Shown here in pieces: positions 16,639-17,611 of a DNA stretch of 17,611 bases. The stretch spans positions 1-17,611 of the forward strand of contig JAYGFR010000239.1 of NCBI GenBank assembly GCA_046581755.1. Reading direction: 5' to 3'. The notes beneath the pieces are model-generated. The model ran no database searches, was not told the DNA's origin, and saw only the letters and a program-made list of their open reading frames with translations. The DNA is from Nitrospinota bacterium. Its GTDB lineage: Bacteria > UBA8248. A program made the position numbers and the translations under genes. How positions within the stretch are numbered: the first letter of the stretch is position 1; every line of letters starts with the position of its first letter.

Positions 16639-17610
16639 TCAGGCATACAAGTCTTCGTAGGCGTCCTCGATCTTGGGCGCCGGGCTCGCGTCGGCAAACT
16701 CGACAGCCTCGGCGAGTTCGGCCTCGACGGCGCGGAAGTGCTCCTCCTTCTCTTCGGGGGAGATCTCCAAAACCCTTTCGGCGACGGTGAGCGGATCGCG
16801 CTCGCGCCAATCGTTCCACTCGGCCTCGCTCCGGTAGGTGCCGAATTTCTCCTCCCGCCGCGAGTGGCCGTAGAAGCGGTAGGTCTTCGCCTCGACCAGC
16901 GACGGGCCCTCGCCCGCGCGCGCGCGCCGGACGGCCTCGGCCACCACCTCGTGGACGGCGAGAACGTCCATGCCGTCCACCGTGATCCCCGGCACGCCGT
17001 AGCCCTGGGCGCGGACACTGATGTCCTCGACGGAAGTGGAGGTTGCCACCCCCGTGCTCGATGCGTAGCGGTTGTTCTCGCAAAAATAAATCACCGGCAG
17101 CTTCCAGATGGCACAAAGATTCATCGACTCGTGAAACGCGCCCTGGTTCGAGGCCCCGTCCCCGAAAAACGAGACCGCCACCTGGCCCTTTCCGTTGAAC
17201 TGGAACGCCAGCCCGATGCCGGCGGCCAGGGGCATGTTCGAGCCCACGATCGAGTGCGCCCCGTAGTGGCCCTTGGAGACATCGGCGATGTGCATCGAGC
17301 CCCCTTTCGCGTGGCACAGCCCCGACGCCTTGCCGAAAAGCTCGGCCATCATTTCGGGCAGCCGAGTTCCCTTGGCAATCGAGTGGCCGTGTCCTCTATG
17401 AGTCGTCAGTATCGCATCCTCGTTATTCAGCGCCGAGCACACCCCGACCGAGCAAGCCTCCTGGCCCGCGCTCACATGAATACCGCCCCGGATGATCCCG
17501 CCCTTCTCGAATAGCTCCTGCGCCATTTCCTCGAAGCGGCGTATCCGCACCATCGTGCGGTACATCTCACCCAGTTTTTCCTTCGTGAATGTTCCTTTTG
17601 ATTCAGGCAC
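16639..17610 (-). CDS. 2-oxoacid/acetoin dehydrogenase E1 alpha subunit (PdhA/AcoA-like), about 323 aa
   Basis: Motifs: IRRFEE, HVSAGQEA, THRGHGH, KGGSMH, the ThDP motif GDGASNQGAFHE...ENNRYA and TYRFYGHS. The GTG start at 17610 is at the window edge, so the RBS is not visible and the true start could be a little further upstream. Confidence 0.92.
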   Translation of the reverse strand: MPESKGTFTKEKLGEMYRTMVRIRRFEEMAQELFEKGGIIRGGIHVSAGQEACSVGVCSALNNEDAILTTHRGHGHSIAKGTRLPEMMAELFGKASGLCHAKGGSMHIADVSKGHYGAHSIVGSNMPLAAGIGLAFQFNGKGQVAVSFFGDGASNQGAFHESMNLCAIWKLPVIYFCENNRYASSTGVATSTSVEDISVRAQGYGVPGITVDGMDVLAVHEVVAEAVRRARAGEGPSLVEAKTYRFYGHSRREEKFGTYRSEAEWNDWRERDPLTVAERVLEISPEEKEEHFRAVEAELAEAVEFADASPAPKIEDAYEDLYA

Positions 17611-17611
17611 G

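Overview
GC-rich bacterial DNA densely packed with 15 probable protein genes, almost all small-molecule catabolic enzymes, in six alternating transcription units. (+) small GatC/AtzG-like ORF and amidase-signature amidase. (-) M20 peptidase, cupin, acetolactate-synthase-like ThDP enzyme and acyl-CoA ligase. (+) two tandem paralogous alpha/beta hydrolases of the 2,6-dihydroxypseudooxynicotine hydrolase/FrsA type. (-) DppB/DppC permeases, an amidohydrolase-2 fold protein and a Rieske ferredoxin. (+) two-domain VOC protein and FAH-family protein. (-) 2-oxoacid/acetoin dehydrogenase E1 alpha and beta, with no E2 after them. I see no rRNA, tRNA, CRISPR array, transposase or regulator gene. The best candidate for an undescribed system is the amidohydrolase-fold plus Rieske pair, which looks like an amidohydrolase-related dinuclear oxygenase (AibH/PtmU3-like) of unknown substrate. 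Also notable are three tandem 25-nt REP-like hairpins at the amidase 3' end, a VOC protein with His-to-Gln changes in both halves, and a divergent E1 pair. All functional calls come from motifs read by eye; no database search was run.
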